Shown here piece by piece: positions 47,853-61,775 of a stretch of DNA of 64,000 nucleotides (the stretch's first letter is position 1; each line of letters begins with the position of its first letter). The notes under the pieces are model-generated. The model was not told where the DNA came from, did not search any database, and saw only the letters and a program-made list of their open reading frames with translations. Source of the DNA: the human T2T-CHM13v2.0 reference genome, Homo sapiens; the NCBI RefSeq assembly GCF_009914755.1, contig NC_060938.1; one strand, given 5' to 3'. The translations under genes were made by a program, and so were the position numbers.

Positions 47853-48876
47853 TTTATCAGTTTTTTATATTTTTTATATGGATGTATGAGGAGATAAGAA
47901 AACACACAAAATAGTTTCAGGTCATATTGTTTGGTCTTGAGAATTGGAACAATTAGTATTCCATTGTCTCTAATTCTTCAGCAATTCCAGTTGCCCATCA
48001 GTAGCTGGATCTGGTGACCTGGTCATCTCACTCGCTCTCAAGTAGGCATTTATTGCTCTGTTATCCAAGACTGGAAGATTGAGTCTTCCAGTCTTGTGAC
48101 TGTCTCCATGGGATTTCATGTTATTGAGTTGGTTAGACTCTCATTGTGCTTAATTTCACACTAGGTCATCTCACAGTCCACTAAGTTCTCCTTTGTCTAT
48201 TTGTTGATGGTTTTGTTGTTGATGGCCAGTGTAGAAGGGTCATAGGATATGAAGGTGGAAATTTAAGTAGGAAAATTTGCCTATTATTCCTATGGATTAA
48301 GAAGGGGGAATGTGGGTCTGTTAGGCACTTAAGAAACTCCTGGATTCCTTTATTGAGGAATGCACATATTTACACTTTTTTTAAAAGAAGATTTTTGTGG
48401 TTCAAGACAATGACAGCTGTATCTAAAAGAAATAAATACCTGTTCAAGTTTCTTTTGACACTGTACCTATCATACAGTGTACATGTGATCGATTTTTAGG
48501 TGAACCTTCTCTTTCAAAGTTGTGAAGATGGTAATTATTTTTAAAAATCCAGTATACAGAAATATCCAGTTGCCAAATTTTATTAAGCATTTATATAGAA
48601 AGGACTTCTGGCAACAACTTTTTGTTCTTCTTCTTTCCATTCTGTCCTTCTTCCCTCACTATGGTTTGTGTTTGAGTTGTTTTCAGTTTATATGATGACT
48701 CTGTATGGGTTAATGGCTGTTTTGTTTTTAATCCTTTGTAATTTTTGGTGATAACCCTGGGATTCTCTTTCCCTGAATGGGTGGCAGGAGAATTAGTCCA
48801 GGTTTTTTCATGTGATTGTATGCACAGGACCAACATTCTATATAGTGTGTGAAAGGATTTATTTTTCCTGAACTTT

Positions 48877-49160
<284 letters not shown>

Positions 49161-49658
49161 AATTTTTCCTGAACTTTCATAGGAAACTCCTTTAAGGGTA
49201 CAACTGTTAAATCACCTTGAAAGGCATATTTAACAAATCACCTTAAGTGAAAAAAAAAATGTATGCAATTGGACCGCCTCAGGTTATCCAGGTCCTTTAA
49301 CTGCCATGCTTGCCATAATCTTTTCTCAAAGCAGACCTGCATCTACCTTGGCATTGCCTGAAGCGTGCATTTGAAAGAGGAAATCTACCAGCAAGGAGGG
49401 AACTCATTGGCATGGTTTGGGGAGAATTATGATAGGTTTATGATAAACTTGCTCAGGCGGTTGACTTTGTCAAGGCGACGGTGATTGTGTGCTTTGACCA
49501 GCAGCCTCAGACAAGACAAGCTCCTTTCTCAGCCTAGATGGGAAAGTGGTTAGCTGCCCAAAGCTAAATGGTAGGGTGAATTTTTTGCCAAACATATCAG
49601 CAGATTCTTTTTTCCTGTCTCTTTGCTAATACTGGGTGCTTTTAAAAAAATAAGTTTT

Positions 49659-49950
<292 letters not shown>

Positions 49951-50599
49951 TATATATAAAGTTTTAAGGTGAGAAAGTTGAATAATTTTAATGTATAGTC
50001 ATAGTCTTTGTTAAAACTTTTGTTAAATCTGGGATACTGTTGAGATAGCAGATGGCTGTTATAAAATGGGAACATGTCAGCTGTAAAAAGAAACCAATGT
50101 GGATTAAATCATAATTAAAAATACCTCTGGTTCACTAAAATATTTTTCCTTTGGGTTAAATATTAATTTTGTTATAGTTTTCTTTTTTATTCATCTTTTG
50201 AGAAAACCAAAAAATAAACAGTGGACACAGAGAAAATGACCAAGGGTAGCTTTGGAATTCCTTCATTCAGAGACTTTTTAGAATGTGGACTTTCCAAAGT
50301 CAAAGAATCTTAAAAATAAGAGTTACTTGTAAAAGCAAGGCTGATATGGGCGGTTTTTTTTTTTTTTAATTCAGTGACTTGTCAAAAAATAGATGATACT
50401 TATCAGGAATATTTGGCCATCTTGTAATATAAGGAATATCAGAAGGATATTGTCCACAAATGCCTTAAAATGGCACGTGCTTTACACATCCCACACCCCC
50501 CACCTGCAAAGAACAGATGCCTTCTATTCCCTGGCTCCCTTGCATTGTTGCCCAAAGTAGTTACATATGACCTTTTACTGAGACAACTTGCAATGTTTC

Positions 50600-50885
50600 T
50601 TTTTTTTTTTTTGGAGACAGGGTCTCCCTCTGTTGCTCAGGCTGGAGGGATTTCAGCTCACTGCAACCTCTACCTCCTGGGTTCCAGTGATCCTCCCACC
50701 TCAGCCTCCTGAGTAGCTGGGATTACAGCCAAATGCCACCACCCCCGGCTAAGTTTCATATTTTTTGTAGAGATGGGATTTCACCATGTTGGCCAGGCTG
50801 GTTTCAAACTGCTGACATCAAATGATCTGCCCGCCTCAGCCTCCCAAAGTGTTGGGATTACAGGCGTGAGCCACTGCATCCAGCC
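50600..50885 (-). mobile_element. Alu
   Basis: Full Alu, TSD cttgca(a/g)tgtttct. Confidence 0.92.
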
Positions 50886-51230
50886 AGCTTGCAGTGTTTC
50901 TGACTGGTCCCAGTGCTTAGCTCAGTACCAAGGCACAGTAGGTTTTCATCTGTCGAATGGAGAAAGTGAATCAATACCTATTTGCCTCTTATGTCCATTC
51001 TCTGTAAAGCTGCCGCAGGGATCTGTCAAAAATACTCATCTTTAGTGGACCTCAGATCCCTACAGTTTTGCCTTTCAGATGCTTTTCCGTTTAAAATTGT
51101 TTTTGAAATTATACAATTTAACATGTATTTGTGATCAGAAATTCAAACCACATTGAAATAGCTGCAAAAAAATCTCTAACTTGCCTCCGCAAATATCCAG
51201 TTTGCCAGTTATTATATAAGACATCTTTCA

Positions 51231-51615
<385 letters not shown>

Positions 51616-51699
51616 CTAAAGTATTGTCTCTCTCCTCCCCCACCATTGGCTTCAGTAACTGATTTAATGTCATGGAAAATTTTAAAAAACAATTTATAT

Positions 51700-51824
51700 A
51701 TTTTTGATGAGACGGGGTCTCGCTCTGTTCCCTAGGCTGGTCTGGAATTCCTGGGCTCAAGTGATCCTCTCACCTGGGCTTCCCAAAATGCTGGGACTAC
51801 AGGCATGAGCCACCATGCCTGGCC
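51700..51824 (-). mobile_element. Alu monomer (FLAM)
   Basis: Monomer with TSD tgtcatggaaa. Confidence 0.82.
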
Positions 51825-52080
51825 AGTGTCATGGAAATTAACCTTTTGTGCATATTGCAAATATTATTGTCCCATTCTTTTGCTTGTGTTTTAACTTTAT
51901 GGTGTCTTTTTTCCAAATAAAAGTTTAACGTTTATATTTAGATATGTCAGTAATTTATATCTTTAGGAAGGAGGAGTTACCCAACTAAGATTATAAAGCA
52001 TTCTACCATATTTGACAGTGTTGGATTTTACATTTTACTCAGTGTGCCATTAAAAATTTTTTTACTAAAATTATTTTTTT

Positions 52081-52870
<790 letters not shown>

Positions 52871-53099
52871 AAAAATTTTTGTTTATGATGTAGGCCTGTA
52901 TCTTTTCACTCAGAGATCCAGTTTTCTCAATTTATTCAAACATCTTGCATTTCCCATTTACTTGATGTCTTCTTAATCATTTGAGGTTCAGTTTATTGAA
53001 CCACTTATTTCTGTACTGCTGCCATACTGTCTTGATTACTATAGCCCATTTTGGGAGTTGTTAAATTTTTCCCACTGCTGATGTTACTGATTTATTTAA

Positions 53100-53670
53100 A
53101 AATTTAGATATTAATCACATACCACAAAATTCACCCTTTGAAAGTGTACAGTTCACTGGTGTTTAGTGTATTCACAAAGTTGTGCACTTATCACCACTGT
53201 TTAATTATAGAACATTTTTGTCACCCCCATGGGTGACAAAATGGGTAACTCCATACCCATTAGCAGTTACCCTGCATTCCCTCCTCCCCCCCAGTGGTTG
53301 CCCTAGGCAACCACTGTTGTACTTTCTGTCTATAGAATTGCTTCTTCTGGACACTTCATACAAATAGAATCATATAGTATGTGCCTTTTGTTTCTGGCTT
53401 CTTTCACTTAGCATGATGTCTTCAAGGTTTATCCATGTTGTAGTGGATATCAGTACTTAATTCCTTTTGATGGCTGAATTAATATTCCATTGTATACTTG
53501 TACCACAGTTTGTTTACCCATTTATCTCTTGGTAGACAGAAGGGTTGTCACCACCTTTTATCTATTCTGAGTAGTGCTGCTATAAACATTTGTATATAAT
53601 TATTGGTTTGAGATCTTTTGGGTATATACCTAGCAGTGGAATTGCTGGGTCGTGTGGCAGTTCTTTAAGT
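53100..53670 (-). mobile_element. L1MB-like 3' fragment
   Basis: Classic L1M 3' UTR reverse text (aaattcaccctttgaaagtgtacagttca...ctttcacttagcatgatgtcttcaaggtttatccatgttgtag...ggaattgctgggtc). Confidence 0.8.
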
Positions 53671-53983
53671 TTTTTTTTTTTAATGTTGATGTTTTATCTC
53701 TTAAGTTTATTGAGGTTACTGTTAGACTAGACTAAATAATTTTTAATTTGTTGGTTTAACTTGAAAGCCCCACATAACATGTAGTTTGCAAGTAATGATA
53801 GATTTTTTTTTCTCAGTAATATGATAGCTGGCATCTTTATTTCTAGCTCTGTATAGGACTGTTTTTAATATTTTGCCATTGTGTGTATGCTATTTTCTGT
53901 TTCTGATGGGTGCCTTTTATTAAAGGAAAAGAAGTTTTCCTCTATCCCTAGTTTGCTAAGAATTTTTATCAGGAATAAGTGCT

Positions 53984-54331
53984 TGTCTTAGTCTGTTTGG
54001 GCTGCTATTATAGAACACCATACACTGGGTGGTTTATATACAACAGAAATTTATTTGAACAGTCTGGAGTCTGAGAAGTCTCAGATCAAGGCAGCAGCAG
54101 ATTTGGAGTCTGATGAGGGCCTGCATCCTGGCACTTAGATGATCATCTCCGAAAGGACGAGTGAGCTCTCTGGGTCTCATAAGGGCACTAATCCTATTCA
54201 CAAAGGCTCCATCCTTATGACCCAGTTGTCTCCCACAGGCCCCACCTCCAAATACCTTCACATTGCAGATTAAGTTTCAACATATGAATTGTGTCCTGGG
54301 TGTGGGGGAATGAACATTCAGTCTATTAATA
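53984..54331 (-). mobile_element. MLT1A-like solo MaLR LTR
   Basis: tgtcttagtctgtttgggctgcta...aaataccttcacattg...ttcaacatatgaatt; 5-bp TSD GTGCT (53979-53983 and 54332-54336). Confidence 0.85.
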
Positions 54332-54616
54332 GTGCTGAATATTATTATTTCCCTATAAGAATTTGTTGACATATGGCTTCTTTAATCTGTTATATTTTAG
54401 CAGCATTGGGCTTGCACAGTACTATTTGCCTTAGTTGGTTCTTAGTTACTTTAGTGGATTTTTCTTCCCAACCAGACTGTTGCATAGGAACCTTCTAGAC
54501 TTATAAATATTTTAATGTGATTTGTGTGTTTATGGGCAATCTGAAAATCTGTTCTGAAAGATCTGCAGTGCTAAGTTGTGATGGTGTAGAGCTGTACATG
54601 TTAGAATACAGTCTAA

Positions 54617-54965
<349 letters not shown>

Positions 54966-56119
54966 TAAACTAAACGATTTAAAATCTTGTTATTCAGAAT
55001 CAAGAAACACACTCCTTTACGTGTTGTTTAAATGTACTCTATAATTGGTTCTGCTGCTCCTCCCACCTCGTTTCTCAGTTAAAAAACCAAAACTATAGAA
55101 TGCTTGAATTTTCAGCAAAGTGGCAAATTATCCCCATTCATGGGGCGCTTATTACCGTGGTAACAAGGAGCCAACTCATTCTTGAAGTGGGGCAGGATTC
55201 TGGTCCATTGGTTTCAGGATCTAAAACAATCCAAATACCTTTTTTGTACACTTGACAGCATGGCCTATTCAAGGTGTTTCTAAACATCCTTAGCATACAC
55301 AAAGCACAGCTGAGATAGTTTGTAGAGGAAGTAAAATCCCCCGAGTTGAGGTTCTGTCATATTACAAAGCTCTGAAACAAATCCAGTCTTTATTTCTGAA
55401 GATAATCACACAGCTTCCTATTAAGGTCCATTTCCCTCCCTCTGTCTCCTCCCCTTTCTCCCCATTCACATTAAAGACAACTAGTAGGGAAGATCTGGGG
55501 GACTAGATAATTAAATGAGGCAGAAGTAAAATGTGCTTTTTTAGACTTCGGCCGAGTTGCCTAGGTGAGGGCTGCAGGTAATCTTTGGTCTAAATATGTT
55601 GTGTTAGATTTTGAAGTGCCTTTTCTTAGGTCTTGCTGTGGGACAAGGTTGTTTGGGGCCTACATCTTAGAGATTTTCCTTAGCAGTTGTGTTTGAAGCT
55701 AAAGTCTGGAGGAGCAGGTTTGGTGAGGAGGAAAAAATCATAGATCAAGATGTGAGACTTGCTGTCCAAAAATGATTTTTAGAGAGCGTAAGAAATAAAT
55801 TTCCCAGTAGCTCGTAATAGAGGGCAATCTAGTTTCTTAGCTTATGAATAGAATTTAAGAGTCCAGGAAAATCAAAGTATAATTCGTTTTGGATTAGTCA
55901 GATCTCTTGTTTATGGATACGATGATCAAAAAGAGCATTACATTTTATTTTTAGGAGAAGGAGAGAATTTCAAATGCAGGATAGAAAACTCTCAATAATA
56001 CAAACTTTAGGGATGTTTTGATGTTAATGAGGACAAAACAGTTGGTATAATTTTACTTCCTAAAACAGCTGGTATAATTTTTATTCTGTATTTGAGTGTG
56101 TATAACGTTATTATTTTGG

Positions 56120-57096
56120 GCCTGTTAAATATGGCAGTGAACAAAACTAAGTCTGTTGTCTCAGAACAGATGATCTAGTGGAGAGAGATGTACCATGGAC
56201 ACATGTCAGAAAGGGGGAAAAAAGTGCTGCAGAGAATGTATAGCAAGGAAAAAGGGGAATAGGGAGTGTGGGGAATAGTACTATATGAGGACAGTCAGGG
56301 AGTGCCTCTCTAAGATGACATTGAGCAAAAGCCTGCAGGATGCAAAAGAGTGACACGGGTAAATATCTGGGGAAGGAGCAGAGGGAACCACAACATGTAA
56401 AGGCTCTGAGGTGGGATTGTGCTTTGTGTGTTCCAGAAGCAGCAAGATGTCTCATTGGAGCAGAGTAAGCAAAAGGGAGAGATTTGAGTAGAACATGAGA
56501 AAGAGAGGGGGCATCTTAGAAACCATTGAAGGGTGTGGTACAGAAAATGAGATGATGGAACTTCCCCTTTTATAAGATCACTCTGCCTGCGGAGTTTGAG
56601 AGTAGAAGCAAAGTGCAGGTGAGAAATGGTGGTGACTTAAAACAGGGTAGTAGCAGTGGAGGTGGTGAGTTGTAGTTTATTCTGAATATATTTTGAAGAT
56701 AGAGCCAACAGGATTTGCATATGTGGTTTGTGAGAGGAAAATGGAGTCATTTTCCAATAGCATTAGCTATTGGGAAAAAAATGTTGCTGTTTACTAAAAT
56801 AGGAAAGATTTTGGAGAGTAGTACTGGAAAGTGCATAGGGAATCAGGATTTTTACTTTGGACATGTTGAGTTTAAGGTGCTTGACATCCAAGTGGAGATT
56901 TCGAATAGACAGTAGCCCCTCTTATCCTTGGAGGATACGTTCCATGGCCTCCGGTGGATTCCTGAAACCTTGGGTAGTGCCAAACCCTATATATATTGTG
57001 CACGAAATCTTTTTTCATTCGCAATTTTATGGACAGAAGATTCATCCTTACCACAGATCTTAGCAACCTCGTCATATGATTTTCTTTGTTGTTGTT

Positions 57097-57135
<39 letters not shown>

Positions 57136-57940
57136 GAGACAGACTCCCACTCCATCACCCAGGCTGGAGTGTGGTGGTGGTCTCAGCTCACTGGAGCCTC
57201 CGCCTCCTGGGTTCAAGCAGTTCTCCTGCCTCCGCCTCCCAAGTTCTGCCTCGTGCCTCAGCCTCCCGAGTAGAGTAGCTGGGATTACAGGTGTGTCCCA
57301 CCATGATCGGCTAATTTTTTTGTATTTTTAGTAGAGATGGGGTTTTGCCATGTTGGCCAGGCTGGTCTCGAACTCCTGACCTCAAGTGATCCACCTGCCC
57401 CAGCATTCCAAAGTGCTGGGATTAAGGCATGAGCCACCATACCTGGCCGATGTTTTTTGTTTATAAAGTCGAGAACTTTGATCTTTTCACTTGAAGGAAA
57501 CACTATAAGGCTTCTCTTTGGCATATGTGAATTGGCCAGCATCACTACTCTTGCGCTTTAGGGCCATTATTAAGTAAAATAAGGGTTACCTTAACACAAG
57601 CACCGTAACAATAGAGCTGATCCCTAGAGATAGCTACTGAGCTACTGAGTGACTAACACATTGGGAAGCCTAGACAGCGTGGATGCCCTGGACAAAGGAA
57701 TGATTCTCATCCTGCATGGGATGGAGCAGAGATTTCATCACACTTCTACAAATGGGGTGCAATTGATAACTTAATTGTTTCTGGAATTTTCCATTTACTA
57801 TTTTTGGACCATGGTTGACCTTGGGTAACCAAAACCATGGATAAGGATAAACTACTGTATACAAACTTGTAGTCCTGGAGAGAGGTTTGGGTTAGCCACT
57901 TGGAGAAACACGTAGGTAATGTTTAGAGCTGTGAGATCCA
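56120..57940 (-). mobile_element. L2 fragment interrupted by MER44
   Basis: L2 text (ggcagtgaacaaaac...gatcactctg...tttggacatgttgagtttaaggtg...acatccaagtggag) resumes after MER44. Confidence 0.7.
56910..57857 (-). mobile_element. MER44 (Tigger7 family) with a nested Alu (57098-57448 -)
   Basis: TIRs CAGTAG.CCC..CTTATCC and GGATAAG...CTACTG followed by TA; ttctggaattttccattta motif. Confidence 0.8.
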
Positions 57941-59697
57941 GTCGGGGTATTCATTCCTAAACTGTTTGAGGTGCCCTGGGGTATTGCAGTGAACTCACAG
58001 GATATTTTAAATTTTCCAGGAAAACAGTATGATAGGGTGTGTGTTTGATGCCTGTGTTTTCAAAATGATGTTTAAGATGTAAGCATGTGTGCATTTTGTA
58101 TTCCCATGGGGCTGGGTCCAGCTGTATGCCTTTGTGTATGTGTACCTAGTATTCTTCACAGAAAGTATAGTACATTAGCAAACAGTTCCCATTTTACTCA
58201 AATTGTCCCCCCCGTGTATCAATCAATCCTGTTGCAGAATGATTGTACTTAATGAGAAGTTCCTAGAGAGTGGAGTAGCCTAAAGGCCCAGGAAAGGGCT
58301 GAGGGAGATTTGTGAAAAATGTCTTTAAAACGTGGTTTATTTCTAAAATTCATGCAGCTGAGTTCTTTTCTCATATATTGTCCCAGTCTTAAAATTGTTT
58401 CAATTTAATTTTATAGAATGTTTGTTGCAGGAATGAATGTGTCGTAGACTCCTCTCCTTAAGATGTGTACTAGTTAACTTTGAGATGACTGAGAAAATTG
58501 GGGAGAATTAGTTGGTAATGGATGAGATCAGACATCTTTAGAAGGAACATACTGCAGTAAATCATCTAGAAAGCTTTAGAACAGTCAAGGAAACTAGTTC
58601 AGGCTTAGAATATGAACACTTAGAAAGTTAAAAATGCATTCAATTGTTTCACCTGAAGAAAGTGTGTAATAAACCAATTCAGTAATCTTAAAGGATGTTT
58701 CACCAGGTTTTATGTTTCTTGACACTTGAATCACTCCTTTTCTAAAGGTTTAACTTTCTATTCAGTAGTATTTTTGAGGAGTCATCTGAGTTTGTTTCTG
58801 AGATTTGCAGGAATTGGGTAGAAATGGTGGAATAGGATTAAAATATCTGTGGACCTATTTTTTAAAAACAGCATTTTGGCTTGAAGTCCTTTTTTTTAAG
58901 ACCAGAAAGAAAATTTCACAGTAATTTGATTTCTCTGATTAAATTTGACTAGCATATTGAATATTTTCTCTTAGCCTCTTTAAGCCTTACTATTCCTCTT
59001 TTCCTAATTCCGTGCCAGGAAAACTATCAGCTTTCAGTGGTGTTTTCTTTACCTTTTTGACTAGCGTTTTTACATTAAGATAAAATATATATATATATTT
59101 TTAAACTGCTTGACTGGCCTGTTTTTTTGTTTCTCTACTACTGGTGTTCCTCTTCCTCCTTTTCTGTCTTCCCAAATGAGGACCTGTGGAGGGCATTTAT
59201 CTGTAGTTTTAGATTTGTGCGTTTCTGTAAGTGTGCAAGGAATTTAGAGTTCAGTGGCATCAGATAGCCATGATGTCACTTTTCTCTTCCATCCAAATTT
59301 AGTTTTAGTTTTGTAAACTTGGGAAATACTACACTTAATTGCTAACAAACAGCGACTTAAAAATCTGACATTTTAACCTGATTGGTGGGTGTTCTTTCCA
59401 CATACTTTCCCTTTTAAGTTTTTTTTGTCTCCGTAAGTGTTCTTCTAAATTTGTTTCAAATCTGTTTTAGGAATGGTTTGAGCACACACCAGGATCAGAT
59501 TCAGTTTCAAAAAGATCTTTCTTTTTGTGCCGTTTTGTTTCTCTCTGTTACCCTGATGTTCTCATCCCATTCTGGATTTGTCATATAAATGGGTGCACTC
59601 ATACTATATTCTTTTTGTGGGTTTTATTTTTCAAAACTTTTTGTTCTATGATCTGCATGACTGTAAAATAGCTTTCCGAAATCTTATGACTAAGTCA

Positions 59698-59985
<288 letters not shown>

Positions 59986-60039
59986 ATCAGTAATTTGTGT
60001 ATGGCACACACATACCTTGCTCCCTTTTTTCTCCATAGC

Positions 60040-60200
60040 CTTTTATATACTGTGTACCTTATTAATCTGTCTCTCAGCTAGAACATAACCTTTTCTATGG
60101 ATGGAGATTTTGTGCTTTGTTCACTTCTGTATCCCCAGTCTCTGAAAGAGTGCTTGGTACATAGCAGATGCTCAGTATATATTGAGTGAGTGAATAAAAG
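60040..60200 (+). mobile_element. L2 3' end
   Basis: tgttcacttctgtatccccag...agtgcttggtacatagcagatgctcagta...tgagtgagtgaat. Confidence 0.7.
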
Positions 60201-60739
60201 ATCTGTTTGATAATTTAGCTCCCAAACTGTGGGATTTGAATAGGAGAAATGATTGCTTGAACATTCAAATTAGAGACAGGAAATTTTTTTTAGACTTGTG
60301 AAACAGAAGAAAATTCACCAAGGTTACAGATTGGGCTTCTATTATAATACCCTGATCTCTTTAGGCCCCACTAGGTAGTTTCAATTTGAGCACAATTCCA
60401 GTGTTGCATATTTGGAGGAGACTGGCTAGAAATTTCTCCCTTCTTTGTGGTTTTTATTGAATTTCTCTGGTAAAAATATATTAATGGCTTTTCCTATGCC
60501 ACTCTCATCCTCTCCTGCACTGAATAATTTCTGTTCTGGAGTAGTAGTTTGTAAATTTGAGTAAGGTATGAATTATATCCAAAAGAAGAAATGTATTGAG
60601 GTTCTTCAGTATAGATGTAATTTTCTAATTTCTATGTTACAAATATATATGCAGCTATAAAGAGCAAATAAATACATAACACCTCAATATTATTTTGATA
60701 TTAATTTGGTTAGAGTTTGGAAAACTAAATTGAGGCGTG

Positions 60740-60936
60740 ATATATATATATACACACACACACATACCAACATGGTGTGTGTGTATATATATAAAAAAAT
60801 ATAAAATATATAAAAATATATATAAAATATATAAAAATATATATATACCAACATGGTGTGTGTATATATATATATGTGTATATATATATATATATGTATA
60901 TATATATGTATATATATATGTATATATATATGTGTG

Positions 60937-60971
<35 letters not shown>

Positions 60972-61005
60972 CACCATGGTGTATATATAAATATATATAT
61001 ATATA
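60740..61005. repeat. (TA)n/(CA)n/(TG)n low-complexity flank containing degenerate minisatellite units
   Basis: Visible TA runs with ccaacatggtg (twice) and ccaccatggtg cores. Confidence 0.9.
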
Positions 61006-61775
61006 CACCACCGTGGTGTATATATAAAAATATATATATACACCACCGTGGTGTATATATAAAAATATATATATACACCACCGTGGTGTATATATAAAAA
61101 TATATATATACACCACCGTGGTGTATATATAAAAATATATATATACACCACCGTGGTGTATATATAAAAATATATATATACACCACCGTGGTGTATATAT
61201 AAAAATATATATATACACCACCGTGGTGTATATATAAAAATATATATATACACCACCGTGGTGTATATATAAAAATATATATATACACCACCGTGGTGTA
61301 TATATAAAAATATATATATACACCACCGTGGTGTATATATAAAAATATATATATACACCACCGTGGTGTATATATAAAAATATATATATACACCACCGTG
61401 GTGTATATATAAAAATATATATATACACCACCGTGGTGTATATATAAAAATATATATATACACCACCGTGGTGTATATATAAAAATATATATATACACCA
61501 CCGTGGTGTATATATAAAAATATATATATACACCACCGTGGTGTATATATAAAAATATATATATACACCACCGTGGTGTATATATAAAAATATATATATA
61601 CACCACCGTGGTGTATATATAAAAATATATATATACACCACCGTGGTGTATATATAAAAATATATATATACACCACCGTGGTGTATATATAAAAATATAT
61701 ATATACACCACCGTGGTGTATATATAAAAATATATATATACACCACCGTGGTGTATATATAAAAATATATATATA
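61006..61775. repeat. 35-bp AT-rich minisatellite (VNTR), 22 perfect tandem copies, with degenerate copies to about 61870
   Basis: Unit CACCACCGTGGTGTATATATAAAAATATATATATA recurs every 35 nt from 61006 to 61741. Confidence 0.97.

Noticed and set aside
61006-61775. CRISPR-like array (palindromic repeats of about 35 bp)
   Set aside because: The units are head-to-tail with no unique spacers, there are no cas genes, and the context is primate intron. It is a minisatellite.
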